Shown one piece after another: positions 18,989-27,603 of a DNA stretch of 32,000 nt; the first letter of the stretch is position 1; each line of letters begins with the position of its first letter. This stretch comes from Xanthomonas campestris pv. campestris str. ATCC 33913. GTDB taxonomy: Bacteria; Pseudomonadota; Gammaproteobacteria; Xanthomonadales; Xanthomonadaceae. The notes under the pieces were generated by a model that worked only from the letters and a program-made list of their open reading frames with translations, had not been told where the DNA came from and ran no database searches. The stretch lies in assembly GCF_000007145.1 (NCBI RefSeq), contig NC_003902.1:1897436-1929435 (forward strand), given 5' to 3'. The position numbers and the translations under genes are program-made.

Positions 18989-19153
18989 TTGGGTAGCAGA
19001 TGATGCCCTTCGTTCGATTGCTTGCAGCCATTTAGGGCGCAGTCTGTTTGATGCGACAGATGCGCCTTGGCTGTAGCTGTGGATGCCTGGCGTTACTTAA
19101 GGAATGTAGAGGATATTTTCGCTCGTTGTCAGTTGACGCCTTCGCTGAGGTCA

Positions 19154-19838
19154 TCAAGCTCTCAGAGCATTGCTTTTCAAGGAAACGACTGACGTTGTCT
19201 GATTCATCAAGGCCGACAGGGAATCGAGGCTGAGGCCGTAATCAAGCACGGACAGGCCCGGCGAGACAGCCCGGAGTCCGTCCAGCTTCTCCTTGGCGGT
19301 GAAGGCCCGGCTGTAAGTGACGTGGTGCTCGTCGTCCAATTCGTGGTCGACCAACTGAGCCCGGAGCTCGGACACCACGCCGGCGCCTTGCAACTCTTGG
19401 ATCAGGGTTTTGCGAAGCGAGTGAAAGCCGCGCTTGGCCGTGGGCCAGTTTTTGCCCACTTCGGCCAGGTGCCGGCTGAAGGCTTTGGAAATCCAGTTGC
19501 CCTGGCCGTTCTTGGCATCGGCTTTGGCCGCCGGGAACAAGCGCTCCTGGCCTTGGCCCCGCGCCTGCTCGACCCAGTCCAGGAAGCCCAGGGCGAGCAA
19601 GTCGGGGTGGACCGGCACCGTCCTCAAGCTCACGTCCGTCTTTACCTTCTGATGCTCTCCCTCATCTGAAATCTGGATGCAGGGGATACCGCCGTCCTCC
19701 ACCACATCGGCGGTCAGCAGTTGGCCGACCTCCGACGCGCGGGCGCCGGTATACAGGCCAATGAGGGAGGCCCATCGCGCTGCCAGGTCAGGGCTTCGAA
19801 GGTCGCGGGTGCGATTAAGGCCTGGACTTGGTGGGCCA
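19154..19838 (-). pseudogene. Tyrosine recombinase (phage-type integrase), catalytic C-terminal domain only; 5' part missing
   Basis: LIGLYTGARASEVGQL carries the Arg I region, GFHSLRKTLIQ the HxxR motif, and DHELDDEHHVTYSRAF the His/Tyr region. There is no N-terminal SAM-like or arm-binding domain. The homology stops where repeat copy B begins. Confidence 0.75.
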
Positions 19839-19935
19839 CCATGAGCAACGCGTGCTCCACGATGTCCGTCGGCACGTTGTCGCAATCGACCAACACGGCG
19901 AAATGTGCTTCAAGCGGGTTGTTTGAGTTGCTCAT
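19839..19935 (-). pseudogene. Second, shorter 5' fragment (about 32 codons) of a NYN/LabA-like gene
   Basis: MSNSNNPLEAHFAVLVDCDNVPTDIVEHALLMVA parallels the fragment at 10436-10532. It diverges immediately afterwards into integrase-derived sequence. Confidence 0.5.
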
Positions 19936-20080
19936 GTCTGTGAGGTCCGAGTTTATGCAGACAGACAATGGCGTCAGCAACTTGCCGATGGCAAGCGGGC
20001 GCTAGCAATCGAGCCAAGCCCGGCGTTATGATCGAGGAAACATCGAAAGGAAACCTGCCCAGCAGGCTTTCTGCAACGGT
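19839..20080. repeat. Direct repeat copy B (NYN 5' coding end plus leader)
   Basis: See copy A (10436-10677). Same orientation, roughly 80% identical by hand alignment. Confidence 0.7.
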
Positions 20081-20260
20081 GAGAAGGGCTTGAGTCGAAG
20101 GTGATCCGATCCCACTCTCTCCGCCAATCGTCTTGTGCGTTCGACCTCGACCGCCGCTAAGCCTCGAATAGTTAACTCCGAAGGCTCTCCTCCTGCTTCT
20201 CGACATCGCATTCGCGGAAGGCACGGTTCACTACCGCGTCTCTCGACATTTCTGCCACAC

Positions 20261-20665
20261 ATGCGTAGCGCGACTCCCAAGCAAGCAGCTGACGGGCCTC
20301 TCCGCACCCCAGATGGCCGGTATCTCGTAGTCTGCGGGCGCTTGTGGCGCGCGACCAATCCTGATCTACCGGCAGAAGCACGCGATGCGCTGGTGCATGC
20401 CTTGATGGACGCGCGACGTGCGGTCAAAGCGGCGCTACGTACGCGCGACGCGATGCAACTCAAAGCAGCGCGCGGTGAGGTGGATGCTGCAAAAACAGGA
20501 CTCGGTGAGCGTGGGGCGGTCTGGTGGAACGACGGTGCACCCGATTTCAATCGTCACCTGATGCGGACGGCGCGGAGTAACCGGGGTGTACGGGGTACAT
20601 GCCGATTCCGAGCACCGGCCGCGCCCGCTTGGCGGCTGCGCAGTCGTTTTGATCGCTGCTCTTAG
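20261..20665 (+). CDS. Conserved hypothetical small protein (RTPDGRY...GRLWRATNP...GERGxVWW type)
   Basis: MRSATPKQAADGPLRTPDGRYLVVCGRLWRATNPDLPAEARDALVHALMDARRAV...LGERGAVWWNDGAPDFNRH resembles a widespread proteobacterial DUF that I cannot name. The last ~39 codons lie inside the 112-bp repeat element, so the native C-terminus is uncertain. Confidence 0.5.
   Translation: MRSATPKQAADGPLRTPDGRYLVVCGRLWRATNPDLPAEARDALVHALMDARRAVKAALRTRDAMQLKAARGEVDAAKTGLGERGAVWWNDGAPDFNRHLMRTARSNRGVRGTCRFRAPAAPAWRLRSRFDRCS
20548..20659. repeat. ~112-bp repeat element, copy 1 (inverted relative to 25701-25812)
   Basis: The reverse complement aligns with 25701-25812 (GC.ATCAAAAC.ACTGCGCAGCCGCCA.GCGGGCGCGGCC.GTGCTCGGAATC..CATGTACCCCGTACA...). 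By eye it is roughly 85-90% identical. Confidence 0.6.
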
Positions 20666-20674
20666 TGGAGAGGG

Positions 20675-21352
20675 TCAGCCCAGGCTTGGGCTGGCTGCCA
20701 GCAGGGCTGCCTCCAGGCGCAGCAGATAATCGGCGAAGCCGCCACTGGCACGTGCACTGCGGCGCGCGCTGGTGTTCACCACCGGGCTGGCCAGGCGCGC
20801 GATGCGCATGCCGGCCTGTTCCAGGGCGGCGACCAGCGCGACATCTTCGCTGCTACTCGCGTTGGAAAAGCCGCCGGCGGCCAGATAGGCGGAGGTCCGC
20901 ATGCCCAGGTTTGCGCCATGCACATGCGGATGGCCGTCGTGCCGGATTTCGCTGGCCAGAAACGCGGCGCGGGTCTGGCTCAGGTGATCGCGCCAGTCGG
21001 TCACTTCCACGACGCCGCAGAAGGCATCTGCCGCGCAGGCGAGTTGCGCCATAAGCCAATCGGGCGGCACGCGGGTGTCGGCATCGGTGCACGCCAGCCA
21101 ATGCGCACCGCGCGCAATCGCCGCGCTTGCGGCGGCCGCGCGTGCAACGCCCACGCCGCCGCACACCTCCTGGGTGATCGCGCCATGCGCGCGGGCGATG
21201 ACGCCGGTTTGATCGGTGCAACGGTCCAGTGCGACGTGAATCTCGACCGCTTCGCCTTGCAGTGCCGGGTGCTGCGCGGCCACGCGGATGGACTGCAGGC
21301 ACGGCCCGATCAGTGCCTGCTCGTTATGCGCGGGGATGGTGACCGCGATCAT
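20675..21352 (-). CDS. Family 2 glycosyltransferase
   Basis: 226 aa from MIAVTIPAHNEQALIGPCLQSI, a GT2 N-terminal pattern, with the DxD region CTDADTRV. Its ATG overlaps the upstream gene stop (ATGA). The tracked 285-aa ORF is an Arg-rich 5' extension. Confidence 0.8.
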   Translation of the reverse strand: MIAVTIPAHNEQALIGPCLQSIRVAAQHPALQGEAVEIHVALDRCTDQTGVIARAHGAITQEVCGGVGVARAAAASAAIARGAHWLACTDADTRVPPDWLMAQLACAADAFCGVVEVTDWRDHLSQTRAAFLASEIRHDGHPHVHGANLGMRTSAYLAAGGFSNASSSEDVALVAALEQAGMRIARLASPVVNTSARRSARASGGFADYLLRLEAALLAASPSLG

Positions 21353-21945
21353 CGCAACTGCTCGCGTTGTGCGATTGAGGGGCCGGCCATCCATGCCTGC
21401 AGCAGGAAATCTGCGTCTTCGTAGCGGCACAGGGTATCGCGCGCCAGCACCTGATCGAGCGCTTGATGCACCTGCTCCGCACTGCGCACCGCGCCTTCGA
21501 ACGGATGCCGCCAGTGGCAGGCCACCAGGCAACCTTGCGGCGCCAGCGATGTGGCGAACAAAGCGACGGTGCGCTCGAATGCATTTGCGTCGAGGTAATA
21601 ACCGACTTCGCTGAAGACGATCAGGTCGAATTGACCGGTTGGCCAGTCGGCCGGATGGTTGGCTTGTTGCAGCGTGATGCCTGGGTGCTGCTGCACGCGC
21701 TCGCTGGCCAGCTTGACGGCGTGGTGAGAAAGATCGGTTGCCAGCAAGCGGGTGCAGCGCGTGCCCAGCTCTGCGGTGAGCTCGCCATTGGAACAGCCGA
21801 ATTCCCAGCCGCGGTCGACCAAGGGAAAGGGCAGGGCGGCCAGCAGCACGGCGCGCTTGCGTTGCTCGTACCAGCGCGAGCGGTAACCGAACGGGTCAGC
21901 GTCCGCGTAGAGCTGCTCGGAGTCGTCGCTGTTCAACACGCTCAT
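21349..21945 (-). CDS. NodS-like SAM-dependent methyltransferase
   Basis: 199 aa from MSVLNSDDSEQLYADADPFGYRSRWYEQRKRAVLL...GWEFGCSNGELT...FDLIVFSEVGYYLD...ACHWRHP, the NodS-family pattern. There is ATGA overlap at both ends. Confidence 0.8.
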   Translation of the reverse strand: MSVLNSDDSEQLYADADPFGYRSRWYEQRKRAVLLAALPFPLVDRGWEFGCSNGELTAELGTRCTRLLATDLSHHAVKLASERVQQHPGITLQQANHPADWPTGQFDLIVFSEVGYYLDANAFERTVALFATSLAPQGCLVACHWRHPFEGAVRSAEQVHQALDQVLARDTLCRYEDADFLLQAWMAGPSIAQREQLR

Positions 21946-22703
21946 GCGAGGAACACTTCGAACGTGCGATCGAAACGCGCCAGCACATGCGGCGGAAGAA
22001 TCGGCTCGTTGACCGGCGGAGTGCAGGTGCCGAGCTGGGTGGAAAAACACGTGATCGCGCGCTGTTTGGCGGCGTGCACGGCGGGCGTGAGCTCGAAACG
22101 CAGCGCGCGGTCATCTTCGAAAACGCCGTCGCCCGGTTGCGACCAATGCCATGCCCACACCGGATAGGTGAGCAGGCGCACACCGTGGCGCGCGCAGGCG
22201 GCGCGGGTGGCACGCGCAGCGGCTTCGTGGTCGGGGTGCGCGTCGCGGTGCCAGGTGACCAACACAAGATCCTGTGGCTGGAGATGGCTGGCAATCGCGT
22301 GCGTCATGGCGTCTTCGTGCTCGTGCAATGCGCCGTCGCCAAGATCGCAATGGGTCACCGCGTGATTGGTCAGCCCAAGGGCCGCCAGTGCCGCATCGAG
22401 TTCCTGCCTGCGCGCAGGCGCCAACAGGTGCGGTGCCCAGGCGGGCACGTGCGGGTAGGCCATCTCGCCATCGGTCAGCGCAATCACACAGACTGGAATG
22501 CCGTGTGCTTGCGCGGCGGCCATCAAACCACCACAGCCAAGCACTTCATCGTCCGGATGTGGCGCAACCACCACCAGCCGCCGCGCATCCTGCAGCAGCG
22601 CGCCCAGTGACGCTTGCGGCATGTGCTGGAGCACGGCTGCAGCGCGCCACACCGATTCCGGAGTTCCGGTGCCTTCGATCGGCTGCCCTGCTAGAGCGTC
22701 CAT
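21942..22703 (-). CDS. PIG-L/LmbE-family N-acetylglucosaminyl deacetylase
   Basis: 253 aa from MDALAGQP. VVVAPHPDDEVLGCGG and HRDAHPDHEAA are the zinc-binding motifs of the family. It overlaps the upstream gene by 13 nt. Confidence 0.85.
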   Translation of the reverse strand: MDALAGQPIEGTGTPESVWRAAAVLQHMPQASLGALLQDARRLVVVAPHPDDEVLGCGGLMAAAQAHGIPVCVIALTDGEMAYPHVPAWAPHLLAPARRQELDAALAALGLTNHAVTHCDLGDGALHEHEDAMTHAIASHLQPQDLVLVTWHRDAHPDHEAAARATRAACARHGVRLLTYPVWAWHWSQPGDGVFEDDRALRFELTPAVHAAKQRAITCFSTQLGTCTPPVNEPILPPHVLARFDRTFEVFLA

Positions 22704-23689
22704 GCGGCCGCCTCCTGGTGGCAGCGCTCGCCCAGTGATTGCAGGTCCCGCTCTGCATGGTGTTGGCGAATGAAGACCAGCAGATCTGCACACCGCTGCG
22801 CATGCGCGCCCTGCATGCAAAGCGGGCCCGGGCCGAGTGCGCGGGCGACGCGATCCACGGTGTCGCGGGCGATAGCTTCGACACTGCTGCGCAGCTGCAT
22901 CACCTCGCGCTGATGCGCCAGGTGTTGCTGCGCATCGATGCGTGCCGCCAGCTCGCGCATGAGCGCACGTGTGCTGGCCAGGCCCGCATCGATGGCGCCG
23001 AGGTGCGCAGCGGCGTGTGGGTCGCGGCGCACGCGCGGTGATTGCCGCAATACGTCGGCCACCGCCGCGGTTGCGCCGAACCAGCACGCAGCAATGCCGG
23101 CACCGCCGTGCCAGAACCCCGGGCGCGCCAGATAGCCGCCATCTGCGGCAACCAGCTGTGCCGGCGTGGCAGAGAAGGTGACGTTGGCCGTTTCGATCGC
23201 GCGCATGCCGAGCGCCTGCCACGCGCTGGCATCGATGCGAATGCCGGGCTGATCGAGCGCAACGGCAAACAGACCTGGGGCACCCTGGTGCGGAGCGGTG
23301 ACCAGTGTATGCGTGACATGCGCTGCGCCCGAGCACCAGGCCTTGGTGCCGTGCAATGCGTTGCCGGTGAAGTGCATGTCTGTGCCTGGCGGCTCGGTCG
23401 CCCACACGGCCCAGCACTGCCCTGGCTGCATGAGATCACTGCCCAGATCCGCGCAGATGGCCTGCGCGTCGTAGTGCGCCTCCAACAATTTGGCAACGCA
23501 CAAGTCCGCCGCCGCGATGTCGGCGAGGATGCGCCAGCGTGCGAGGGTGTCGCCACGGCCAGGTAGGGGCAGCGTGGGATGCATGGCCAGCCACGTATTC
23601 GCTGCGGCCAGGTCGAGGCCGCTCTGCGCAGATGCTGGAGAAAGTGATGACGAAATGAGTGTCATCGGACTGATGCGTGCGTTCATCAC
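22691..23689 (-). CDS. Acyl-CoA dehydrogenase-like protein (short form)
   Basis: 332 aa. LHGTKAWCSGAAHV, ALGMRAIETANVTF and the C-terminal helical part resemble ACAD middle and C-terminal domains. This is the first gene of the overlapping four-gene operon. The call is by general resemblance only. Confidence 0.6.
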   Translation of the reverse strand: MMNARISPMTLISSSLSPASAQSGLDLAAANTWLAMHPTLPLPGRGDTLARWRILADIAAADLCVAKLLEAHYDAQAICADLGSDLMQPGQCWAVWATEPPGTDMHFTGNALHGTKAWCSGAAHVTHTLVTAPHQGAPGLFAVALDQPGIRIDASAWQALGMRAIETANVTFSATPAQLVAADGGYLARPGFWHGGAGIAACWFGATAAVADVLRQSPRVRRDPHAAAHLGAIDAGLASTRALMRELAARIDAQQHLAHQREVMQLRSSVEAIARDTVDRVARALGPGPLCMQGAHAQRCADLLVFIRQHHAERDLQSLGERCHQEAAAWTL

Positions 23690-23965
23690 GAAAAGCTAAG
23701 CAGCGCTCGGTGCAAGAGGTGTGAGGCGGTCATCGCGGCGCGGTGATGACGCCGGTTGAGTTGGCTTGCGTGTGCTGTGAGCAGGCAGTCACGAGGATTC
23801 GTTGGCGTGCAAGCAACAGAAAGGCGGGAGTCTCGGAGCGGCGGCATTTGCAGCGACGTTGCGAAATTGCAGCCAGCAAGCACATGCACTGGCGCAACAG
23901 CCAGTTCACCTCGCGTGCGTGGCAGATCTTTTACGGTCGCACTGAACTTTCGCGATCAATGAATC

Positions 23966-24583
23966 ATGGCGATGAACAATGAAACGCCGCAGATCCACGA
24001 GGTACATGCGTTGGACGAAGCGGATGCCGGTGCTCCCAGCACCGTCTGGACGATTGGCCATTCCACACGCAGTTGGGAAGCGTTTTTCGCACTGCTGCGC
24101 GTGCACCGCATCGAGGCGGTGGTGGATGTGCGGCGCTTTCCTGGCTCCAGGCGGTATCCGTGGTTTGCAAGTGACGTAATGGCATCGGCGTTGGCCGAGA
24201 TCGGCTTGGCCTACGTCTGGTTGCCGCAGCTCGGTGGACGCCGTCGTGCGCAGCCGGGATCGCCGAATGGGGCCTGGCGTAATGCCGCGTTCCAGGGCTA
24301 TGCCGATCATATGACCAGCGCGGAATTCCAGCAGGCATTTGCGCGAGTGACCACGCTTGCGGCGAGCACGCGTAGCGCGCTGATGTGTGCAGAGGCGCTG
24401 TGGTGGCAGTGCCACCGCCGGTTGATTTCCGATTTGCTGGTGCACCGCGGCCATGCAGTGTTGCACGTGATGAGCGAGAAGCCCCCGCAGCCGCACCAAC
24501 TGACGCCCGGCGCGCAGGCGGCAGGCACGGATTTGATTTATCCACCGCAGCAGGGCGCTTTATTTGCGGAGCACGATGCGTAG
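23966..24583 (+). CDS. DUF488-family protein
   Basis: VWTIGHSTRSWEAFFALLRVHRIEAVVDVRRFPGSRRYPWF and ALMCAEALWWQCHRRLISD are the characteristic DUF488 motifs. Confidence 0.8.
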   Translation: MAMNNETPQIHEVHALDEADAGAPSTVWTIGHSTRSWEAFFALLRVHRIEAVVDVRRFPGSRRYPWFASDVMASALAEIGLAYVWLPQLGGRRRAQPGSPNGAWRNAAFQGYADHMTSAEFQQAFARVTTLAASTRSALMCAEALWWQCHRRLISDLLVHRGHAVLHVMSEKPPQPHQLTPGAQAAGTDLIYPPQQGALFAEHDA

Positions 24584-24752
24584 CCTGCACGCATCGCGCG
24601 CAGCGCCTAAGCAAGCTGCAGTGTTTTGACGCAAGCCTGCCAGCACGCGTCATGTCGTCTGCTGATAGCGAGCGCGAGTCCAGCAGTCAGCAGCCATCGC
24701 ACCACGCGAGCGGCGAAGCTAGGCTACCCTTGCGCACTTCCACTCATGACGC

Positions 24753-24989
24753 ATGCCCATGCCTTCCTTGCCTCCACTCCCGTCCATTGAGCCCGGCCGT
24801 TATCGGCATTTCAAAGGGGGGCACTACGAGGTGTTGGACGTGGTTCGTCACAGCGAGACATTGGCGCCGCTGGTGCTGTACCGCCCGCTCGAGACGGACG
24901 TAGGGATGTGGGTGCGGCCATTCGAGATGTTTGTGGCGCAGGTCGAGGTAGAGGGCATGATGCGGCCGCGGTTCGAACGTATCGGCTGA
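24753..24989 (+). CDS. DUF1653-family protein
   Basis: GRYRHFKGGHYEVLDVVRHSETLAPLVLYRPL is the typical DUF1653 core. Confidence 0.75.
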   Translation: MPMPSLPPLPSIEPGRYRHFKGGHYEVLDVVRHSETLAPLVLYRPLETDVGMWVRPFEMFVAQVEVEGMMRPRFERIG

Positions 24990-25024
24990 CCGCAGGCCCT
25001 GCGTCGCTTCTGCCGCTTCGATGC

Positions 25025-25243
25025 TTACGCGTCGTGCTGGCGGTCGAGCGCCTCCCGCGACAGCAGGCCAAGTCTGGAGGCGAAGGCGATCACCAGCTCC
25101 ACCGCTTCGGCGCCATCGTCGGGATAGCGGCGGAGCAGGTCGCGCTCGAACGCTTCGATCGCCTCCCACGGGTCCGCGCTGGTCGCCACGCGCCGGCAGA
25201 GCTGCTCGAACAGACTGGTGGGCGGGTGAGGTGGGGGTGCCAT
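25025..25243 (-). CDS. Hypothetical small protein (72 aa)
   Basis: It starts MAPPPHPPTSLFEQLCRRVATSADPWEAIEAFERDLLRRYPDDGAEAVELV. The composition is plausible for coding, but I recognise no family. Confidence 0.3.
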   Translation of the reverse strand: MAPPPHPPTSLFEQLCRRVATSADPWEAIEAFERDLLRRYPDDGAEAVELVIAFASRLGLLSREALDRQHDA

Positions 25244-25304
25244 GGCAGAAGTGTCGCCAGTCCGCGTCTCATGCCGTGAGACGGTGTGGCCGATACTAGG
25301 TCGG

Positions 25305-25529
25305 ATGGATCGAACCGCGCTGCGCACACATCTGGATCATCTCGATGCCGCGGTGCCGGCGTTGCTGAAGTCGTGCCCGGATCGCTGCCATTTCTGGCAA
25401 GCCTTTGCCGGGATGGCTGAGGTCATCGAGGCACGCGCATTGTCGGTCGAAGATGCACGCTTTGTCGGTCGGCGCATCGACGAGATTCTTGCCTGGCATG
25501 GTCTTGAAGAGCTCGGCCGTGATGCGTAG
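25305..25529 (+). CDS. Hypothetical small protein (74 aa)
   Basis: It starts MDRTALRTHLDHLDAAVPALLKSCPDRCHFWQAFAGMAEVIEARALSVEDARFVGRRIDEIL and is divergent from the previous ORF. I recognise no family. Confidence 0.3.
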   Translation: MDRTALRTHLDHLDAAVPALLKSCPDRCHFWQAFAGMAEVIEARALSVEDARFVGRRIDEILAWHGLEELGRDA

Positions 25530-25700
25530 GCGCTGCGCGGCGATCCAGTTCCACACGTAACCCGACAGGTCACCGCGCTTGAGGCCGGCCACGGCTACGC
25601 AGTTGCTCGGCATCGGGACGCACTGCAGTTACGGCGCGCGTATGCATCGGCGTGGGCGTCGGGCACGAACCTGATCACAAACGCGCCACCGATGTTTAGA

Positions 25701-25812
25701 GCAGCTATCAAAACTACTGCGCAGCCGCCAGGCGGGCGCGGCCAGTGCTCGGAATCCTCATGTACCCCGTACACTCCGGTTCCTCCGCGCCTTCCGCACC
25801 CACCTGACGACT
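25701..25812. repeat. ~112-bp repeat element, copy 2 (inverted relative to 20548-20659)
   Basis: See copy 1. This copy lies in intergenic DNA. Confidence 0.6.
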
Positions 25813-25941
25813 GCTCGCTACGTTTTGTTAGCCGCTCTTAGCGGTTCGGGCGAACGCCAAGAGCCAATCTCGCCGGCCTGCAATGCATGGAGTGCAAGCA
25901 GGCAGAAGCTTTAGTAAGTAGCGCGACTATGCGCCGCGCGT

Positions 25942-25970
25942 AAAAGCAAAAAGCCCTGCATACAGGGCTT
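25942..25970 (-). terminator. Rho-independent terminator of the endonuclease gene
   Basis: The stem is AAGCCCTG (25951-25958) and CAGGGCTT (25963-25970) with a 4-nt loop. On the minus strand it is followed by TTTGCTTTT (25950-25942). It lies 23 nt after the stop. Confidence 0.6.
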
Positions 25971-25992
25971 CTTGCGCATTACGTCAGATCGG

Positions 25993-26730
25993 TTAACCCA
26001 GGTCGCAATTGCTCGGCTGCGGCCAGGTGGTTGCAGGCAGCATTGCCTTCACTGCGGCTGGTGCTGAGATGCCGATCTCGCTGGCACCGTAGAGGTCTTC
26101 CAGCTCATCGATGCTGACGATGTAGCTGTCCAGTGAGCCAAGCGTGGCGCTGTTGGGAATCAGCCAGCTGATCGCGCGCGTGCCGCCGCCCGGGTTGGCG
26201 GTGATGATGGTCTTCCAGAAGAAATCCGGTGTGCGGATGCCGTGGCTGGCCAGGAAGTAGTCGTTGCTGGTGTCGCTATAGATCACGCCGCCATAGACCT
26301 GCACGCTGGCGATGTCGCGGTAGCACTCGGCGACATTTTCTGCACGTACCCAGATTCCCTGGTTGAAGCCAGCCACCTGCGGAACGATGTTGGACATGAA
26401 GTTGGCACGGCGAATGTAGGTGGCGTTGTAGTCCATGTGGTTGGAGGTAACTAGATGGCCACGGTCGTAGCCGGAGCGCACGCTCGCATACGAGTTGGTG
26501 GTGGTCTGGCCGGCGCAACCGCTGGGCAGATCGGTGTCCAGGAAGAAGCTGGACGGACGCGCGGCCGAGCCGGTGTCGGCGGTGAGCGTGTATTCGTAAC
26601 GCAAGGCCGTGCGGTTGGTGCAGTCGTAGCGCAGCAGGAAGCCGCCCTTGTTGAGCGTGACCACCTGGGCCTGGGCACCGGCACTGAAGGTGGTGAGGAG
26701 GAAAACGGCGAGGAAGATTCCCAAACGCAT
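25993..26730 (-). CDS. Secreted DNA/RNA non-specific endonuclease (Serratia NucA / beta-beta-alpha-Me family)
   Basis: The signal peptide is MRLGIFLAVFLLTTFSAGAQA-Q. The active-site region is SGYDRGHLVTSNHM...NFMSNIVPQ (DRGH motif plus downstream Asn). Confidence 0.85.
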   Translation of the reverse strand: MRLGIFLAVFLLTTFSAGAQAQVVTLNKGGFLLRYDCTNRTALRYEYTLTADTGSAARPSSFFLDTDLPSGCAGQTTTNSYASVRSGYDRGHLVTSNHMDYNATYIRRANFMSNIVPQVAGFNQGIWVRAENVAECYRDIASVQVYGGVIYSDTSNDYFLASHGIRTPDFFWKTIITANPGGGTRAISWLIPNSATLGSLDSYIVSIDELEDLYGASEIGISAPAAVKAMLPATTWPQPSNCDLG

Positions 26731-27603
26731 AGCGGCACATCTCCGTGGGTAGTGTGTCTGTCAGTTAGGCGCACGCCGCTGGCGCCAGGCACCGGAAACG
26801 TCCGCCGCCTGTCGAGCGAGATGCGTGATTGCGTTGATGTCGCGGGCAGCCGAAGGCCGCCTGTGTAGGCCTGTCAGTGAATGGTGGTGCCGCGCCCCTA
26901 TCGCCACGCAGTGGCACGCGGTGAGTTAGATATCCGTCAAGCGAGCGCGAGCGTCAACGCTGGATTTCGCGAGCTGTGACTCAGCGCAAAAACTTCAACT
27001 GTGTAATAGCGCGATCACCTGCGTGCAAACAAACTGTCGTGCACGTGCTGCATCGTTGTGCATGCGCGCGTACTGATGCATGCCATCGCTTTGTTGCACG
27101 CCAATGGTGCATCAACATCAAGATGCGTTCTGGATGCACAGCAAGCCCGAATCGCCAGAGCACGGCCGATCGGCAAACACGCAAGCACCAGCATGCGTGG
27201 TCTTGCACTCACAGCAGCATCCAGCGGCGCGGCATGATTGAGCGCTTGCGTGGCTGATGCGTGCCACACCATCAGCAAAGAACGCGACACCTTCATCAGC
27301 GACCTGCGACAACAGCAACATGCACTCCAGGCGTGCGTGCTGGACGTGGCTGCGCCGCACTCCCATCATTTGCGGCAGCGGCTGCTAGCCCTCGTCACGT
27401 GCAGCTGCGGTGTCGCATTCCCTTTGCTTTCTGGTGTTCAGACACATGTATGCACGCGTGACCACGGATGCCACGGCGTTGTTCGCCAGCGTCAACGCCG
27501 TAGAGGTGTTTATCGGCGAAGTGTCGCTGCCGTGCGCGATGATGGCCCCGCAGGTGCGGCGGGAACGCGCGTGACGGCGGCATTTCCGCACGGTGCCAGC
27601 ATC

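Noticed and set aside
20026-20550. 174-aa minus-strand ORF
   Set aside because: It lies antisense to the conserved small protein gene at 20261-20665 and extends into repeat copy B. Its composition is Ser/Arg/Ala-biased and it has no motifs.
22704-23417. N-terminal 238 residues of the tracked 491-aa ORF (21942-23417)
   Set aside because: This extremely Arg/Ala/Cys/His-rich stretch overlaps the acyl-CoA-dehydrogenase-like gene in another frame. PIG-L homology begins only at MDALAGQP (ATG 22703), which gives the usual short overlap with the upstream gene.
23906-24653. 197-aa and 229-aa minus-strand ORFs
   Set aside because: Both lie antisense to the DUF488 gene, whose plus frame has the family's signature motifs.
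26976-27257. 93-aa Cys/His-rich plus-strand ORF in the long intergenic region
   Set aside because: Its odd composition is a by-product of the TGCA/ATGC-rich DNA. It has no RBS and no family resemblance. I treated it as non-coding and report the motif cluster instead.
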